From the NCBI GenBank assembly GCA_036343635.1, contig JAYYVF010000066.1, positions 89,931 to 153,930 on the forward strand: DNA of 64,000 bases. Reading direction: 5' to 3'. Positions 36,301 through 45,422 of this stretch are shown here, piece by piece. The DNA comes from Candidatus Latescibacterota bacterium. Its GTDB lineage: Bacteria; Latescibacterota; UBA2968; UBA8231. The translations under genes were made by a program, and so were the position numbers. The notes beneath the pieces were generated by a model. The model saw only the letters and a program-made list of their open reading frames with translations. It was not told the origin of the DNA and did no database searches. Position 1 is the first letter of the stretch; every line of letters begins with the position of its first letter.

Positions 36301-37103
36301 GAGTTTCTGTTACGGGTGATTTGCAGCCTGACAATACTATAGCATGGAAATTAGAAACCAATAAACGGTTGGCCCAGATTGAAATTTTAGTTGATCAACA
36401 AAAAATAGAGATACGTGAGCTTGAAGAATCTACGTTTTTTTGGAATCCGATAGGTGTCTCTCGAGCAAAGATTGATTTTGTTGTTCGCGATTTTGATGGA
36501 GAAATAGTTGAATTAAGCCATCATGTTTCAATGGGCCGGATCGGTTTAGGCCGTGGTATATACAGCGCGGATGGGAATTTTAGAATTGAAGGAGAATGGC
36601 GTGATTCATTTGCTCTCGTTTATCAGGATAGCATGGGATACCGCATCTCTTTGCGTGAAGGAATGGCACATGTTTTTATGCACGTCGACAGTAGTTTGTA
36701 TGGTTTAGCTTACTACAACTCAGACTCATGGCAGGGGTTACCAACAGAATATGGGTCAGGTCAATTAAGGGCTATTATTCCAAGATCTGGATGGGTTCGT
36801 GTAGATTCTCGTGGGGCTCCTACCTCTGTTGAATCCGCCTTAAAAGTTTATCCAAATCCGTTCAATAGTACCGTTGCGATAAAACTGGAAATGAGCAAAT
36901 CTGATTTTATAGAAACTGCAGTTTTTGATGTTTTAGGGAGACGAATACGTGACTTTGAGAAGGCCTGGCGAGAAGTTGGTCCGTCCATTCTTCAATGGGA
37001 TGGAAAGGATAATGAAGGGAGGAACGTGAGTAGTGGTATCTATTTTTTTCGTGTACGATCTGGCACTGTACTCGCTTCGGCCCAGATGATGCTCTTACGG
37101 TAG
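33306..37103 (+). CDS. Giant T9SS cargo 'B1': N-terminal cohesin-like module + tandem cadherin-like ~95-aa repeats + T9SS CTD
   Basis: The N-terminal 'LVDIRIDPRSSSMTSASVYLRYDSDLLKI...GSLAQVRFKVRK' is cohesin-like. Repeats carry 'DL..Y..D.D....L.W' cores and an 'NDPPEF' boundary. Starts 9 nt after the A1 stop. Paralog of 41321..45412. Confidence 0.8.
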   Translation: MGGLIFALIVFASELVADNAFLSLKTPAPQIVSLGDTLLVDIRIDPRSSSMTSASVYLRYDSDLLKIISEEFDANSELIPFHSGSFWEANVYQNSMDNERGELNYVVVTGRDNNGSRIVSSVTGSLAQVRFKVRKVPELDRRAKVEIQMAGRRQSSYTLLTQPGVQHFFDFNRIGLEWIIAPIPSGLDLPNTKDVNEALTSNFSVPNRGLLSLLEDSSPEVYNWLDLIGVEESMALNYVGTSRGLAVEIVGDSLYLRSAPDYFGTGVLELNVCDVYHECDSVEWEVEIEGLNDPPEFVKLIPIDLVQGESLRWSIDDIVYDVDNRTNDLEINCESEKSILATCGLGEVEIQGILPGKGLVVLSATDPSGATTIFPLQVTVNPTKSASPNVRNVFNGYRSLGEVGQVDLREYVSDHDSPWESIVLHLDSSGLMWEWHESSTSIVELGFFEEGEVTLSLRVEDSDGNTAEGLLSWFVEKKHTFSPEQVPEDLNSSLSRKDEFNNWGLNVPSVPNLLPGNSILIPLHTFIEGIVANELEWNIGRQETIRAKVYQGFVEISAPLGAKGFGWFELSALDEKGHSENIRVEIYLMSESPERRMSTTEVTKQADSLLSVDIPDVSLSYGESLFIPLGQYANPSVEWSYMGGEGLNVVLIDSGATITSSDSVTSQSILLFTATDLFGNEITDVVRVDLFSRDLIKITDEYEIEENVERVVIEKSSEIFIEGLEDITVDVGEFRISESLDQLIDAKDITNMSWSVRGGVYVKITIDDNRRLVINAQNAFVGREFFVVSGGSGNASFEIPLTININESIVRLDKKTEYVNASNDGFALNNLLIGEGEVEEWAVRSSEANVVVENGFLYVSGNPGLYSIEVEAQLVDGRWIKGGFVNVEIGSNYDRKNLEENVDNRYFPPSFDMPPEFEIVAGDSAQWIVVVEDKDSSPDQLILSLKGKRGGFSLQGRHLFFDGSSVPDTLYLFVEDESGMTDEIAVKIRVRNIEITPLRVSVTGDLQPDNTIAWKLETNKRLAQIEILVDQQKIEIRELEESTFFWNPIGVSRAKIDFVVRDFDGEIVELSHHVSMGRIGLGRGIYSADGNFRIEGEWRDSFALVYQDSMGYRISLREGMAHVFMHVDSSLYGLAYYNSDSWQGLPTEYGSGQLRAIIPRSGWVRVDSRGAPTSVESALKVYPNPFNSTVAIKLEMSKSDFIETAVFDVLGRRIRDFEKAWREVGPSILQWDGKDNEGRNVSSGIYFFRVRSGTVLASAQMMLLR
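36840..37100 (+). other. T9SS type-A C-terminal sorting domain of B1
   Basis: 'LKVYPNPFNSTVAIKL...VFDVLGRRIRDF...LQWDGKDNEGRNVSSGIYFFRV...MMLLR'. Confidence 0.85.
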
Positions 37104-37340
37104 TACGGGTATTTAAAGGAAAGTCTGATTAGTTGGAACATTGTTTGCTCTTATGAACCATGGGATTTTTATCTGGCTATGTAGAGATTTTATACAGCAG
37201 AATCGTATAATGCGGTAAATGCCATATATAATAAGAGTTTATGGTCATTTAACTCTTTGTGATGTCCGGTGAGAGGTATATGTGAAACGGAAAGATCTTC
37301 TTTACTTTGCGGAACATAATCTGCAAATGAAAGCTACGTC

Positions 37341-40300
37341 ATGAAAAAATTACTGTTTGCTGGATTTGTTGCTGTTTGGCTGGGAGAGCCCAAAGCAAAC
37401 GCGCAAAACATTAGTATCGTGCCCGATCAGCTTTCTACCATACCCATTGGGGGACTGCTACCCCAATCGTATTGGCAGCAGTTATTAGTTTCGTTGTCAA
37501 CGACTCATCCAGCCTCAGATAAATCGATGACCATATTTTTGCCTGACGGTCTTAAAATACTTGATAGTGACAATGACGGTCAGTTTAGAGATGAGGTTCG
37601 AGTTTCTTATGAACCAATTGGTTTTGATGATCCGAGTATCTTTGTCAGCGATCAAACGGCTTCGGGTTCGATTGTTATAGGATCTTTGGGTAATATTGCA
37701 GAAAATTCTGAGATCTATATACAATTCCCAGTTTACGCTGGCTTAAATACCCCTATTGGTGTCGCTTCTTACGGCGAAGTATTATTCGCCAATGAAGAGG
37801 AACCTGGTGTTGCCAAAGGTCCTGAAGTTCGCTTTGTAGATGAATCTAATTGGAGTCAACTCGGTGCTAAAGCTATAGTGCAATTTTCGAATCTTTATGC
37901 TGCTGGTGCAGATACTGTAATATTATTTGATGGTAACCTTTTTCCTAAGGAACCCAAACCACTTGTTGAATTTCTTCCGGATCTTGTTGTAGATCGTGGC
38001 GTTACCTCTATCAGCAATATTTTAGACATAGGTGACAAAAATGATGATAACGATCTGGTGTATAGTTTCTTTTGGTCAAAAGCATCAGATATAGTTCATA
38101 TAGATACCTTGAGTTTAGAGCCTGTATTAACCAGTACTGGCGTTCGTTACTCTACCTCAGAAAGACACGCTGCGAGCATTCAATTAGATTTAGGTGGTTT
38201 AGCTGAAGGAAATTATTTTCTCTACGCTATTTGTAATATGACAGAGGATTTGGTTCTTGGCCGTAGTCGAAAAATCCAGATTCTTCGTCCTCCGAAAATT
38301 AATTCTGTGGGACCCATTGATGACGTTACCCTTGATTCTGGGGGGTTGTATAATGTCAACGGTGTGCCTGACGGTAAAGGTCCGAGAAGGGTTAAGATAG
38401 ACTTTGAGGTAAATGATGCAGATGATCCCCCAGAAGTCTATCTTTTTGCTAGTCAAGATTCTACGCTTACTGTGGCGGCAAACTCCTTTAATGCCGAAGG
38501 TCTGCCTGAGTTGGCAGATGCTGAATTACTAAATAAAGCCGGACCAATCAGTATAACAGATAGCTTCTTTTGGAAATTTTCAGGAAATGATTTCGTTGCC
38601 GAGGGTGTGTATTATGTTTATGCGCTTGTTTCTGATGCGAGCAGTATTGTACTGGGAAGAAGTAAGGGGCGCATCCAAGTTATTCATTCTCCTTATTTAC
38701 GTTTTGATACTCCAACTGACGGTCGTGGTGGAAAGGTGGATACCATCTTCACGGGGGGAGTTAATCCCCAGCGTTATCTGACTTTTACTTGGGGAAAAAA
38801 GGGATTTAATGGAGATTTTGATTTAGACGATAATGCTCTAATTGATCTTTATTATAGCAGTGAGCCAGCAGGGAAAGCCTCGGGTTTTGAATTACCCGGC
38901 ACCGATGGATTGTTCACTGCCTTGTTGAAAGATAAAGCATGGGTGATAGCCGGAGGGATAGAAGAAGATGGAGATTCGCGGGAAGACAACCAATATGTTT
39001 GGGATTTGTGGTCGTTGGATGGTGAAGAAAGTTCATCTTTGATAGGTGGTCAGCCCTACTATTTTTACGGGCTGATTAGCGATGGGAAGCATCGTAGATT
39101 GGTTCAAATAAATGGTGGTCAAGAAAATGATCAGGGTTCTAAAATTATTTTTGATCATCCGCCAGCGCTAACGCCATTGCAGCCAGTCGATGAGATAACA
39201 GTTGGTCCTGGGGATCTCGGAAGAATTGCATGGGATGCTATAGACATAGATGATGATGCACAGATTCGTGTTTTATTGGTTAGCTCCGAGTTTGGTTCAG
39301 TAGCGAAATACCGCGAACTGATTGAAAATGTCGTATATGTGGTAAATTCTTCTGACGGATATAGTGAATCTAAAACTAATGCGATTTACGACCTAAGTGA
39401 AGACGATTCCAGTGATTATATCGATTTTTCCATAGACCATTTGGTACGTGGGATAAATAGCGATGCGCCACCTGGGCAAGGCACCTATAATGTGTATATC
39501 GCGATAACCGATGAATCTGAATTTACTGAGGCATGGTGTTGGCAAGCGCCCGGTCTAATTACGATAGAAAATGAAAGTGTAGAAAAAATTATTGATTTAC
39601 CGATTTCGCTCTGGCCTGAACAATTTACTATGGGAAACCAGGGTATGTCTCAGACTTTCGAACTTCGTATCACGGCAGAGCAATCTGTTGATCTGATTAA
39701 AACGAGTATTCTTTTTGATAATATTGCGTTTTCTCCAATAGATCAGGATCCTGAATTAGAGGGAGTGCAACCCTTTTATCTATCGCCAAATTTTTCATCA
39801 GCAAAGATGTTAAAAAACAGCGTTAGTTCATTAGAAGACGGCTCGGGGCAGTCTATACTTACTTTGGACTATTTAGAGCCAGCTGCGGGAGGTATATCCG
39901 GACTGAAGGAGGGTGCTGTACTGGCTTATTTTGAAATGAAGACGTTGCTTTATTCTGGTCTAACGAGCTTAGAATTAAAAGTAGGAGAGAAAGATCAGCC
40001 ATTTTCTCTCCTAGAATTGGACGGAGAAGAAATAGGAAATCTATCCGATGGAGTGTTATCGCAGGGGTCTTTAATTTCAGGCAGAGCTACGTTAAGTGGA
40101 TCCATACAGTTAGAAGGCCGCGTGGACATGCAGACAGAAGCAACAGCACAAATTCGTAGTAATGGTTCTTATCTTCCTATCTCCGACTCAACCTTTTCGA
40201 TTACAAACGATATAAATCCAAATCGCATTGGAATTCAGACGGTGATAGAAACAAGCGGTAAATTTGAATTGGTTAACGTTCCAGCAGGTCTTTGGGATCT

Positions 40301-41324
40301 ATACCTCGTAATAGATGGATATTTGCCAGGTGTTTCTCGTTCTCTATCTGCTAACGCTGGTCAGGTTATATCAGGATTGCATCCCGTTAGCGATCCCTAT
40401 GAGGGCTCTGGTTTTGTTCGTGGAGGAGACGTAGTAGGTTACGTCGATGAAAATGGTGAACTGCTGGCTGACAACGAAATAACTTTAGCTGATTGGGATT
40501 ATGTAGCTAGCTATTTTGGTTTAAACGTCGCCGATGGTGATAGTATCCGAAAAGCTGATATAACAGCGGATGGAAAGATTGACATTGTCGATTTGTCTAT
40601 TGTTGGTTCTAATTTTTCTAAACGTGGTCTGGATCCCGTATACAAAACTATTGTCGACGTACCCTCATTTAGCTTTGAATATGAGACAGAAAGAGAATCC
40701 GTTAGTGTTGGAGATTTCTATGTCGTTCCTATTACAAAGTTAGGACCAGAATTGTTGGTAGGTTATCAGTTCGAATTTAAATGGTCCGATACGGATTGGG
40801 ATTGGGTTTCTGTCACAAGCTCTGATGGCGACTTAGGAATGAGCGTCCAACGTAAAACATCATATGGAACTTTGTGGGGATTCTCCAGCTTAGGCGGGAA
40901 ACCTATCCCTGCCAAATTAGAATGGAAGTTGAAGGCACGTGTTAATGATCCCGAATTGCCGGTCGTTAGTAACGTGCTCGTTGTTGATGATGGAATGAAC
41001 GCTATCAAAGCTTTGGTTAATGGCAATACAGTTGACTTAAAGCCTGCAGATTTTCGATTGAATCTTAATTATCCGAACCCATTCAACCCTTCCACTCACA
41101 TCCCTTTTAGTGTTGATATTGATGGTCCAATATCACTTGTCGTCTATGATGTCCTCGGAAGACCCGTCAAAGAAATTTATAATGGTTGGATTGAATCGGG
41201 CTGGTATAAAATGAGTTGGGACGGCTTAAATGCAGATGATCGGGAAGTAGCAAGCGGTGTATATCTTTGCCGTCTAAAGAGTAATAATGAAGTCGAGACT
41301 ATCAGCATGGTTTTATTACGATGA
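37341..41324 (+). CDS. Giant T9SS cargo 'A2', paralog of A1 with the same module order
   Basis: Collinear with A1: 'IPIGGLLPQSYWQQLLVSL' vs 'IPFGATVDNPFWQRLKIEL'; 'GVYYVYALVSD..RSKGRIQVIHSP' vs 'GDYYIYGVIND..RSKHSFRVRHSP'; 'EDNQYVWDLWS' vs 'IDNQYEWDIWT'; 'IAWDAIDIDDDAQIRVLLVS' vs 'VAWEAIDVDDEASIWVILTS'. Confidence 0.8.
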   Translation: MKKLLFAGFVAVWLGEPKANAQNISIVPDQLSTIPIGGLLPQSYWQQLLVSLSTTHPASDKSMTIFLPDGLKILDSDNDGQFRDEVRVSYEPIGFDDPSIFVSDQTASGSIVIGSLGNIAENSEIYIQFPVYAGLNTPIGVASYGEVLFANEEEPGVAKGPEVRFVDESNWSQLGAKAIVQFSNLYAAGADTVILFDGNLFPKEPKPLVEFLPDLVVDRGVTSISNILDIGDKNDDNDLVYSFFWSKASDIVHIDTLSLEPVLTSTGVRYSTSERHAASIQLDLGGLAEGNYFLYAICNMTEDLVLGRSRKIQILRPPKINSVGPIDDVTLDSGGLYNVNGVPDGKGPRRVKIDFEVNDADDPPEVYLFASQDSTLTVAANSFNAEGLPELADAELLNKAGPISITDSFFWKFSGNDFVAEGVYYVYALVSDASSIVLGRSKGRIQVIHSPYLRFDTPTDGRGGKVDTIFTGGVNPQRYLTFTWGKKGFNGDFDLDDNALIDLYYSSEPAGKASGFELPGTDGLFTALLKDKAWVIAGGIEEDGDSREDNQYVWDLWSLDGEESSSLIGGQPYYFYGLISDGKHRRLVQINGGQENDQGSKIIFDHPPALTPLQPVDEITVGPGDLGRIAWDAIDIDDDAQIRVLLVSSEFGSVAKYRELIENVVYVVNSSDGYSESKTNAIYDLSEDDSSDYIDFSIDHLVRGINSDAPPGQGTYNVYIAITDESEFTEAWCWQAPGLITIENESVEKIIDLPISLWPEQFTMGNQGMSQTFELRITAEQSVDLIKTSILFDNIAFSPIDQDPELEGVQPFYLSPNFSSAKMLKNSVSSLEDGSGQSILTLDYLEPAAGGISGLKEGAVLAYFEMKTLLYSGLTSLELKVGEKDQPFSLLELDGEEIGNLSDGVLSQGSLISGRATLSGSIQLEGRVDMQTEATAQIRSNGSYLPISDSTFSITNDINPNRIGIQTVIETSGKFELVNVPAGLWDLYLVIDGYLPGVSRSLSANAGQVISGLHPVSDPYEGSGFVRGGDVVGYVDENGELLADNEITLADWDYVASYFGLNVADGDSIRKADITADGKIDIVDLSIVGSNFSKRGLDPVYKTIVDVPSFSFEYETERESVSVGDFYVVPITKLGPELLVGYQFEFKWSDTDWDWVSVTSSDGDLGMSVQRKTSYGTLWGFSSLGGKPIPAKLEWKLKARVNDPELPVVSNVLVVDDGMNAIKALVNGNTVDLKPADFRLNLNYPNPFNPSTHIPFSVDIDGPISLVVYDVLGRPVKEIYNGWIESGWYKMSWDGLNADDREVASGVYLCRLKSNNEVETISMVLLR
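40422..40628 (+). other. Dockerin-like module in A2 (approximate coordinates)
   Basis: 'GGDVVGYVDENGELLADNEITLADWDYVASYFG...ADITADGKIDIVDLSIVGSNFSKRG'. Confidence 0.55.
41058..41321 (+). other. T9SS type-A C-terminal sorting domain of A2
   Basis: 'LNLNYPNPFNPSTHIPFSV...VYDVLGRPVKEI...MSWDGLNADDREVASGVYLCRL...MVLLR'. Confidence 0.85.
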
Positions 41325-44300
41325 ACAATATGTTAAGAAAACTAAAATCGTTATTCTTCGGGTTGTTACTTATCTCATCCTCACCGTCAATGGCAGCGAA
41401 GATAGAAATAAGTAGTCCAATGTTGATTGAAACGAATCGCGTTGAGTTGGGACAAACAGTACCCGTGGAGATTGTGATCGACACCGAAGGTGAGATTATC
41501 AATGGTTATAGTATTTATTTGTCCTACGATCCAAACGTGTTGTCCGTAGATCCTGTTTCGGGGTCAGATGGAAAGGGAATGCCTTTTTTAAGTGGAGATT
41601 TTTTAGATGGAATAATGCTTCAAAATTCGGCAGAAAACAAAGATGAAAAGGTCCTTTTGAGTTATGTAGAAGCTGTTGGTGGTGCGCCAAGACAAGGGGT
41701 AAAAGGGAAGGGAGTAGTTGCGCATATTAATTTCAAGGTTTTGCGTAGGATTAGTGGCGATACGACGTCTATAGTTGTAGAAGAGGCACCTGGAGACTAT
41801 ATAACACATTACGTTTATGACGGGGCTCCTGGCCGCGAAATATACTTTAATACTCCTATTGAATCCGTAACGATACATGTCACGGGTTTTCGTATGGATC
41901 CATTGCCTGACATCGATCTGATAGAGGGAAAATCAGAAATGGTATTCGATTTAGATCAGTACGTCGATACGTTGTTGACAGACGTTTTCTGGACGCATTC
42001 TCGCTTGAGTGAAATATCAACATTTATTAATGAGCAAACTAATCAAGTTACGATGAGGCCCGACAAAGAATTTGTTGGAAGAAGACGGATGATATTTACC
42101 GCCTATGAATTAAATGAAGGTATCTCTGTATCAGATACCATATCACTAAATGTGCGTTCAGCACCTGTGATAAAAAGTTTGCCAGCAAAGGTAGGTTTCC
42201 TTGAGGATGGTGAGGATAAGTCAATTGATCTAGATAGTAAAGTAACTGATTTAGATGACGATTTAGAAGATTTAATTTGGGAGGCAAAGAGTGGGGATGG
42301 TTTGAACGTGAAGATTGACCCCATTTCAAAGATTGTCACCTTTACTACTAAGCCTGATTATTTCGGAAATAATTTTGTTGATTTTTTTGTTACTGATAGC
42401 GATGGATTAACCGATTCGCTTAGGGTACCCGTAGAAGTGATTCCCGTAAATGATCCGCCGGAAGCTTTTGCTCCAAGCCCAATTTATCCAGTTGTCAATG
42501 GGCCACCCATAACAATTCCCTTAGAAGATTTTTTCACAGACGTTGATGACTCTATTGAGTCGCTTCAAGTATTTTTTGAATTGCAAGATGGTGTTAGAGC
42601 CGAATTGTCAGATAACGATGTTTTAATCTATGGGACAAAAGTTGGCCGAAGTATTGTCACAATAAGCGCTCAGGATCTTTCCGGACTTAGTATTAAGACG
42701 AGGCAAATTGTAATTGTCTTAGAAGAAGGACAGTCTATCGGGCCTGAATTAGATCAATTTTCACTCATGCGAATCCCAATGGGTGGTCAGCAGCAACTAA
42801 TTTTGACTGACAAAGTTACTGACGATCAATCACAAGAAGAAATAATCTGGACGATAGAGCCTGATAGTGGCTTTGTTGCGAACATAATCGACGGTGTACT
42901 GTATGTTGCTGCTGAGCCAGGTTTTAAAGGAATGGGCGAGGTTGGAGTTACGGCGACTGACCGTCAGGGGAATTTTGACCGCGAGGTTATAACGGTTTAT
43001 ATGCAACAGGGCGAAGATGGCTTGGGGCCGATTCTCACGGTTAATGGTAAAGTGGGATTGAGGTCAGGCGAAATTGCAAGTTTTCTGGTGGATGACTGGG
43101 TGGAGGACCCTGATCACCAAGATTCTCAATTGAATTGGAATTTTATCTCTACCTCGGGTGTTATTTCGCAGTACGATGTATTTGAGAGAGAGTTGTTTGT
43201 TAGAGCTGAGGAGTCACTTGTTGAACCTGCTGCTATAACTTTACGGGTAAATGATCCTGATGGAAATTTTGATGAGGTTACGTTGCCTGTATTGTTTGCT
43301 CGAAGTGGTGAGCCTCCTAAATTAGCCCCTTTGCCTGAAGTCAATCTGGAAAGTAGTGGCGACGAGGCAAAAGTAGATCTAGATGACTTTGCCTATGATG
43401 ATACCGATCGTGAAAGCGAATTAATCTGGGAAATTGAATCTGATCCGGGAATTGACGTTTCCTATAATCCTATTAGTCACGATTTATCAATTCGACGGGA
43501 AGACTCTGACGGATTAGAGGGGGCACCGTTATCTGCTCAAGTCATTGTTAAAACACAGGATACGAGTGGTTTAGAAAAAGCGGGGCGTATCGATGTCGGT
43601 TTACCACCAGTTTTTGAATTGTTTCCCTTTCCTGCCGTGGAACTGTATTCAGGAAGCGCTGATTCGTCTCTTTTATTAACTGAATATGTACTGGCACCCG
43701 AAGGTCGACCTTCTCCGGTTTTAGTTTGGAGTATTGATTCAACAAATGAAATTGTAGCCGAAATTGATTCGAGTTCTAACAGACTTTATTTGCGAGTCGG
43801 TTTGGAAAGTTTTACAGGAAGTCAGAGCCTTGAATTAAAGGCTCTGGATCGCACAGGCCGGATTCGTACCTCGGACCTTCGCGTTGTTGTTAATGGGTTA
43901 GGTCTGTCTCCTCAATTACGTTCCTTTCCGAGATTAGAAATACTGCAAGGCAACATCGACTCATCTGTTGATTTAGATGATTATGTTGTAGACGATAACC
44001 CAGATTCCAAATTACAATGGAGTGTTAGTGGTCACGAGGATCTTCCGGTTTCAATTGACCCTGATACTCGGATTTTAACGGTTGACGCCACGGAGACTCA
44101 GGTCTCAATTGAGGTCCTTCATTTTATCGTTCGTGACCCAGCTGGAAACGTAGATGTTGGCTCTATGGAAGTGGGGATTCTTCGTGGAGGCAATCCGCCG
44201 ACGATAGGCCAGTTGCCACAAGTTATTTTAAAGGAAGGTGGACGCGAACAGCAGATCGATCTGAAGCCTTATATTGTTGACGAGGATACGCCAGTTGAAA

Positions 44301-45412
44301 ATATGAAGGTGGATGTGGAAGCGGAAGCTGGTGTTGCTGCTCGTATTTCCGATGGGCAACTAATTTTATCTGTGCCTGGAGGACAAAGAGGAAACCGCAC
44401 ATTAAAGATTACAGCTACGGATCCGCAGGGTAATGTAGATGTTGCAGAGCTTAAAGTATTAATTGATCAAGATGAGGAAGTACCAGAGCTAAGTCTCGAT
44501 ATAGTTCGTCATCCAATATTTTCCGAAGAACTTGGCATATCAATTAGTGCCGATGAAGCTTTGATGAGCCCACCGTTAGTTACTGTTGGTCAGGATAGTC
44601 TTTCTGTAAAAGATGTTGGACCGAATACTTACAAAACAGCTTTTATACATCCAGGTGAACCTAAACAGAGTATTGTATATATAGAGGTTAAAGCTCAAGA
44701 TTTGGCGGGTAATGTAGGTATAAAACGACAGGAAGTAAGTTTGTCCTGGATGGATGATAAAGGCGGCAATATTCGAAGCCCTGATCCGGAAGTTATGCTC
44801 AATGTACCTTCTTCTGCATCAAGGCCTGGGCAACTTGCTGTCGTTTACAAGTTGGATCCACAGAAAGTACCAGGGGGGAGTGAAGGAGAACCGGTTTACT
44901 CGATTGATTTGGAGAGAGGAAAAAAATTGAGGGCTCCAGTTACTGTGAATTTTCTGACTTCGTCTGAAAAAAACTCGGATTTAGGTCTATTGCGTTGGGA
45001 TGATGATAAAAAAGAATGGGTTGATTTACCGACAAGTATTGATCCACAGACAGGATGGCTCTCAACTACGGTTGAAGATCTTGGATTGTTCAGGAAGGGA
45101 GTTGTTTCACCGGATAATAGATTAGAAAATGATCCCTTGCGTGTTTATCCAAATCCATTTCGACCTGGAAAAACACAAGATGTACGAGTTGATTATCGAG
45201 TTAAATATCCGGGCGAAATTCGCTTATATATTTTTAACGCTCTGGGGACAAAGGTGCGAACTCTTACCGATGAATATCAGGAAGTAGGAGCTTGGAGCGT
45301 AGGATGGGATGGGTCGGATGATAAGGGTATGAGAGTAGCGAGTGGAGTTTATTATTTTGAATTGCAAAATTATAGCCGTCGTGAGAGGGCTGTGTTGGTG
45401 TTAATCCGTTGA
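41321..45412 (+). CDS. Giant T9SS cargo 'B2', paralog of B1: cohesin-like N-terminus + ~9 cadherin-like repeats + Ig-like region + T9SS CTD
   Basis: 'VPVEIVIDTEGEIINGYSIYLSYDPNVLSV...GVVAHINFKVLRR' is cohesin-like. About 9 repeats have cores such as 'IDLDSKVTDLDDDLEDLIWEA' and 'VDLDDYVVDDNPDSKLQWSV', with a 'VNDPPEA' boundary. ATGA overlap with the A2 stop. Confidence 0.8.
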   Translation: MNNMLRKLKSLFFGLLLISSSPSMAAKIEISSPMLIETNRVELGQTVPVEIVIDTEGEIINGYSIYLSYDPNVLSVDPVSGSDGKGMPFLSGDFLDGIMLQNSAENKDEKVLLSYVEAVGGAPRQGVKGKGVVAHINFKVLRRISGDTTSIVVEEAPGDYITHYVYDGAPGREIYFNTPIESVTIHVTGFRMDPLPDIDLIEGKSEMVFDLDQYVDTLLTDVFWTHSRLSEISTFINEQTNQVTMRPDKEFVGRRRMIFTAYELNEGISVSDTISLNVRSAPVIKSLPAKVGFLEDGEDKSIDLDSKVTDLDDDLEDLIWEAKSGDGLNVKIDPISKIVTFTTKPDYFGNNFVDFFVTDSDGLTDSLRVPVEVIPVNDPPEAFAPSPIYPVVNGPPITIPLEDFFTDVDDSIESLQVFFELQDGVRAELSDNDVLIYGTKVGRSIVTISAQDLSGLSIKTRQIVIVLEEGQSIGPELDQFSLMRIPMGGQQQLILTDKVTDDQSQEEIIWTIEPDSGFVANIIDGVLYVAAEPGFKGMGEVGVTATDRQGNFDREVITVYMQQGEDGLGPILTVNGKVGLRSGEIASFLVDDWVEDPDHQDSQLNWNFISTSGVISQYDVFERELFVRAEESLVEPAAITLRVNDPDGNFDEVTLPVLFARSGEPPKLAPLPEVNLESSGDEAKVDLDDFAYDDTDRESELIWEIESDPGIDVSYNPISHDLSIRREDSDGLEGAPLSAQVIVKTQDTSGLEKAGRIDVGLPPVFELFPFPAVELYSGSADSSLLLTEYVLAPEGRPSPVLVWSIDSTNEIVAEIDSSSNRLYLRVGLESFTGSQSLELKALDRTGRIRTSDLRVVVNGLGLSPQLRSFPRLEILQGNIDSSVDLDDYVVDDNPDSKLQWSVSGHEDLPVSIDPDTRILTVDATETQVSIEVLHFIVRDPAGNVDVGSMEVGILRGGNPPTIGQLPQVILKEGGREQQIDLKPYIVDEDTPVENMKVDVEAEAGVAARISDGQLILSVPGGQRGNRTLKITATDPQGNVDVAELKVLIDQDEEVPELSLDIVRHPIFSEELGISISADEALMSPPLVTVGQDSLSVKDVGPNTYKTAFIHPGEPKQSIVYIEVKAQDLAGNVGIKRQEVSLSWMDDKGGNIRSPDPEVMLNVPSSASRPGQLAVVYKLDPQKVPGGSEGEPVYSIDLERGKKLRAPVTVNFLTSSEKNSDLGLLRWDDDKKEWVDLPTSIDPQTGWLSTTVEDLGLFRKGVVSPDNRLENDPLRVYPNPFRPGKTQDVRVDYRVKYPGEIRLYIFNALGTKVRTLTDEYQEVGAWSVGWDGSDDKGMRVASGVYYFELQNYSRRERAVLVLIR
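45137..45409 (+). other. T9SS C-terminal sorting domain of B2 (slightly divergent)
   Basis: 'LRVYPNPFRPGKTQDVRV...IFNALGTKVRTL...VGWDGSDDKGMRVASGVYYFEL...LVLIR'. Confidence 0.8.
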
Positions 45413-45422
45413 GCTTGCGAGA

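Noticed and set aside
37104-37340. Possible tRNA, small RNA gene or small ORF in the 237-nt spacer
   Set aside because: I could fold no cloverleaf-like arms by eye, and no ORF is longer than about 10 codons with a start context. It is left as a probable promoter or leader region.
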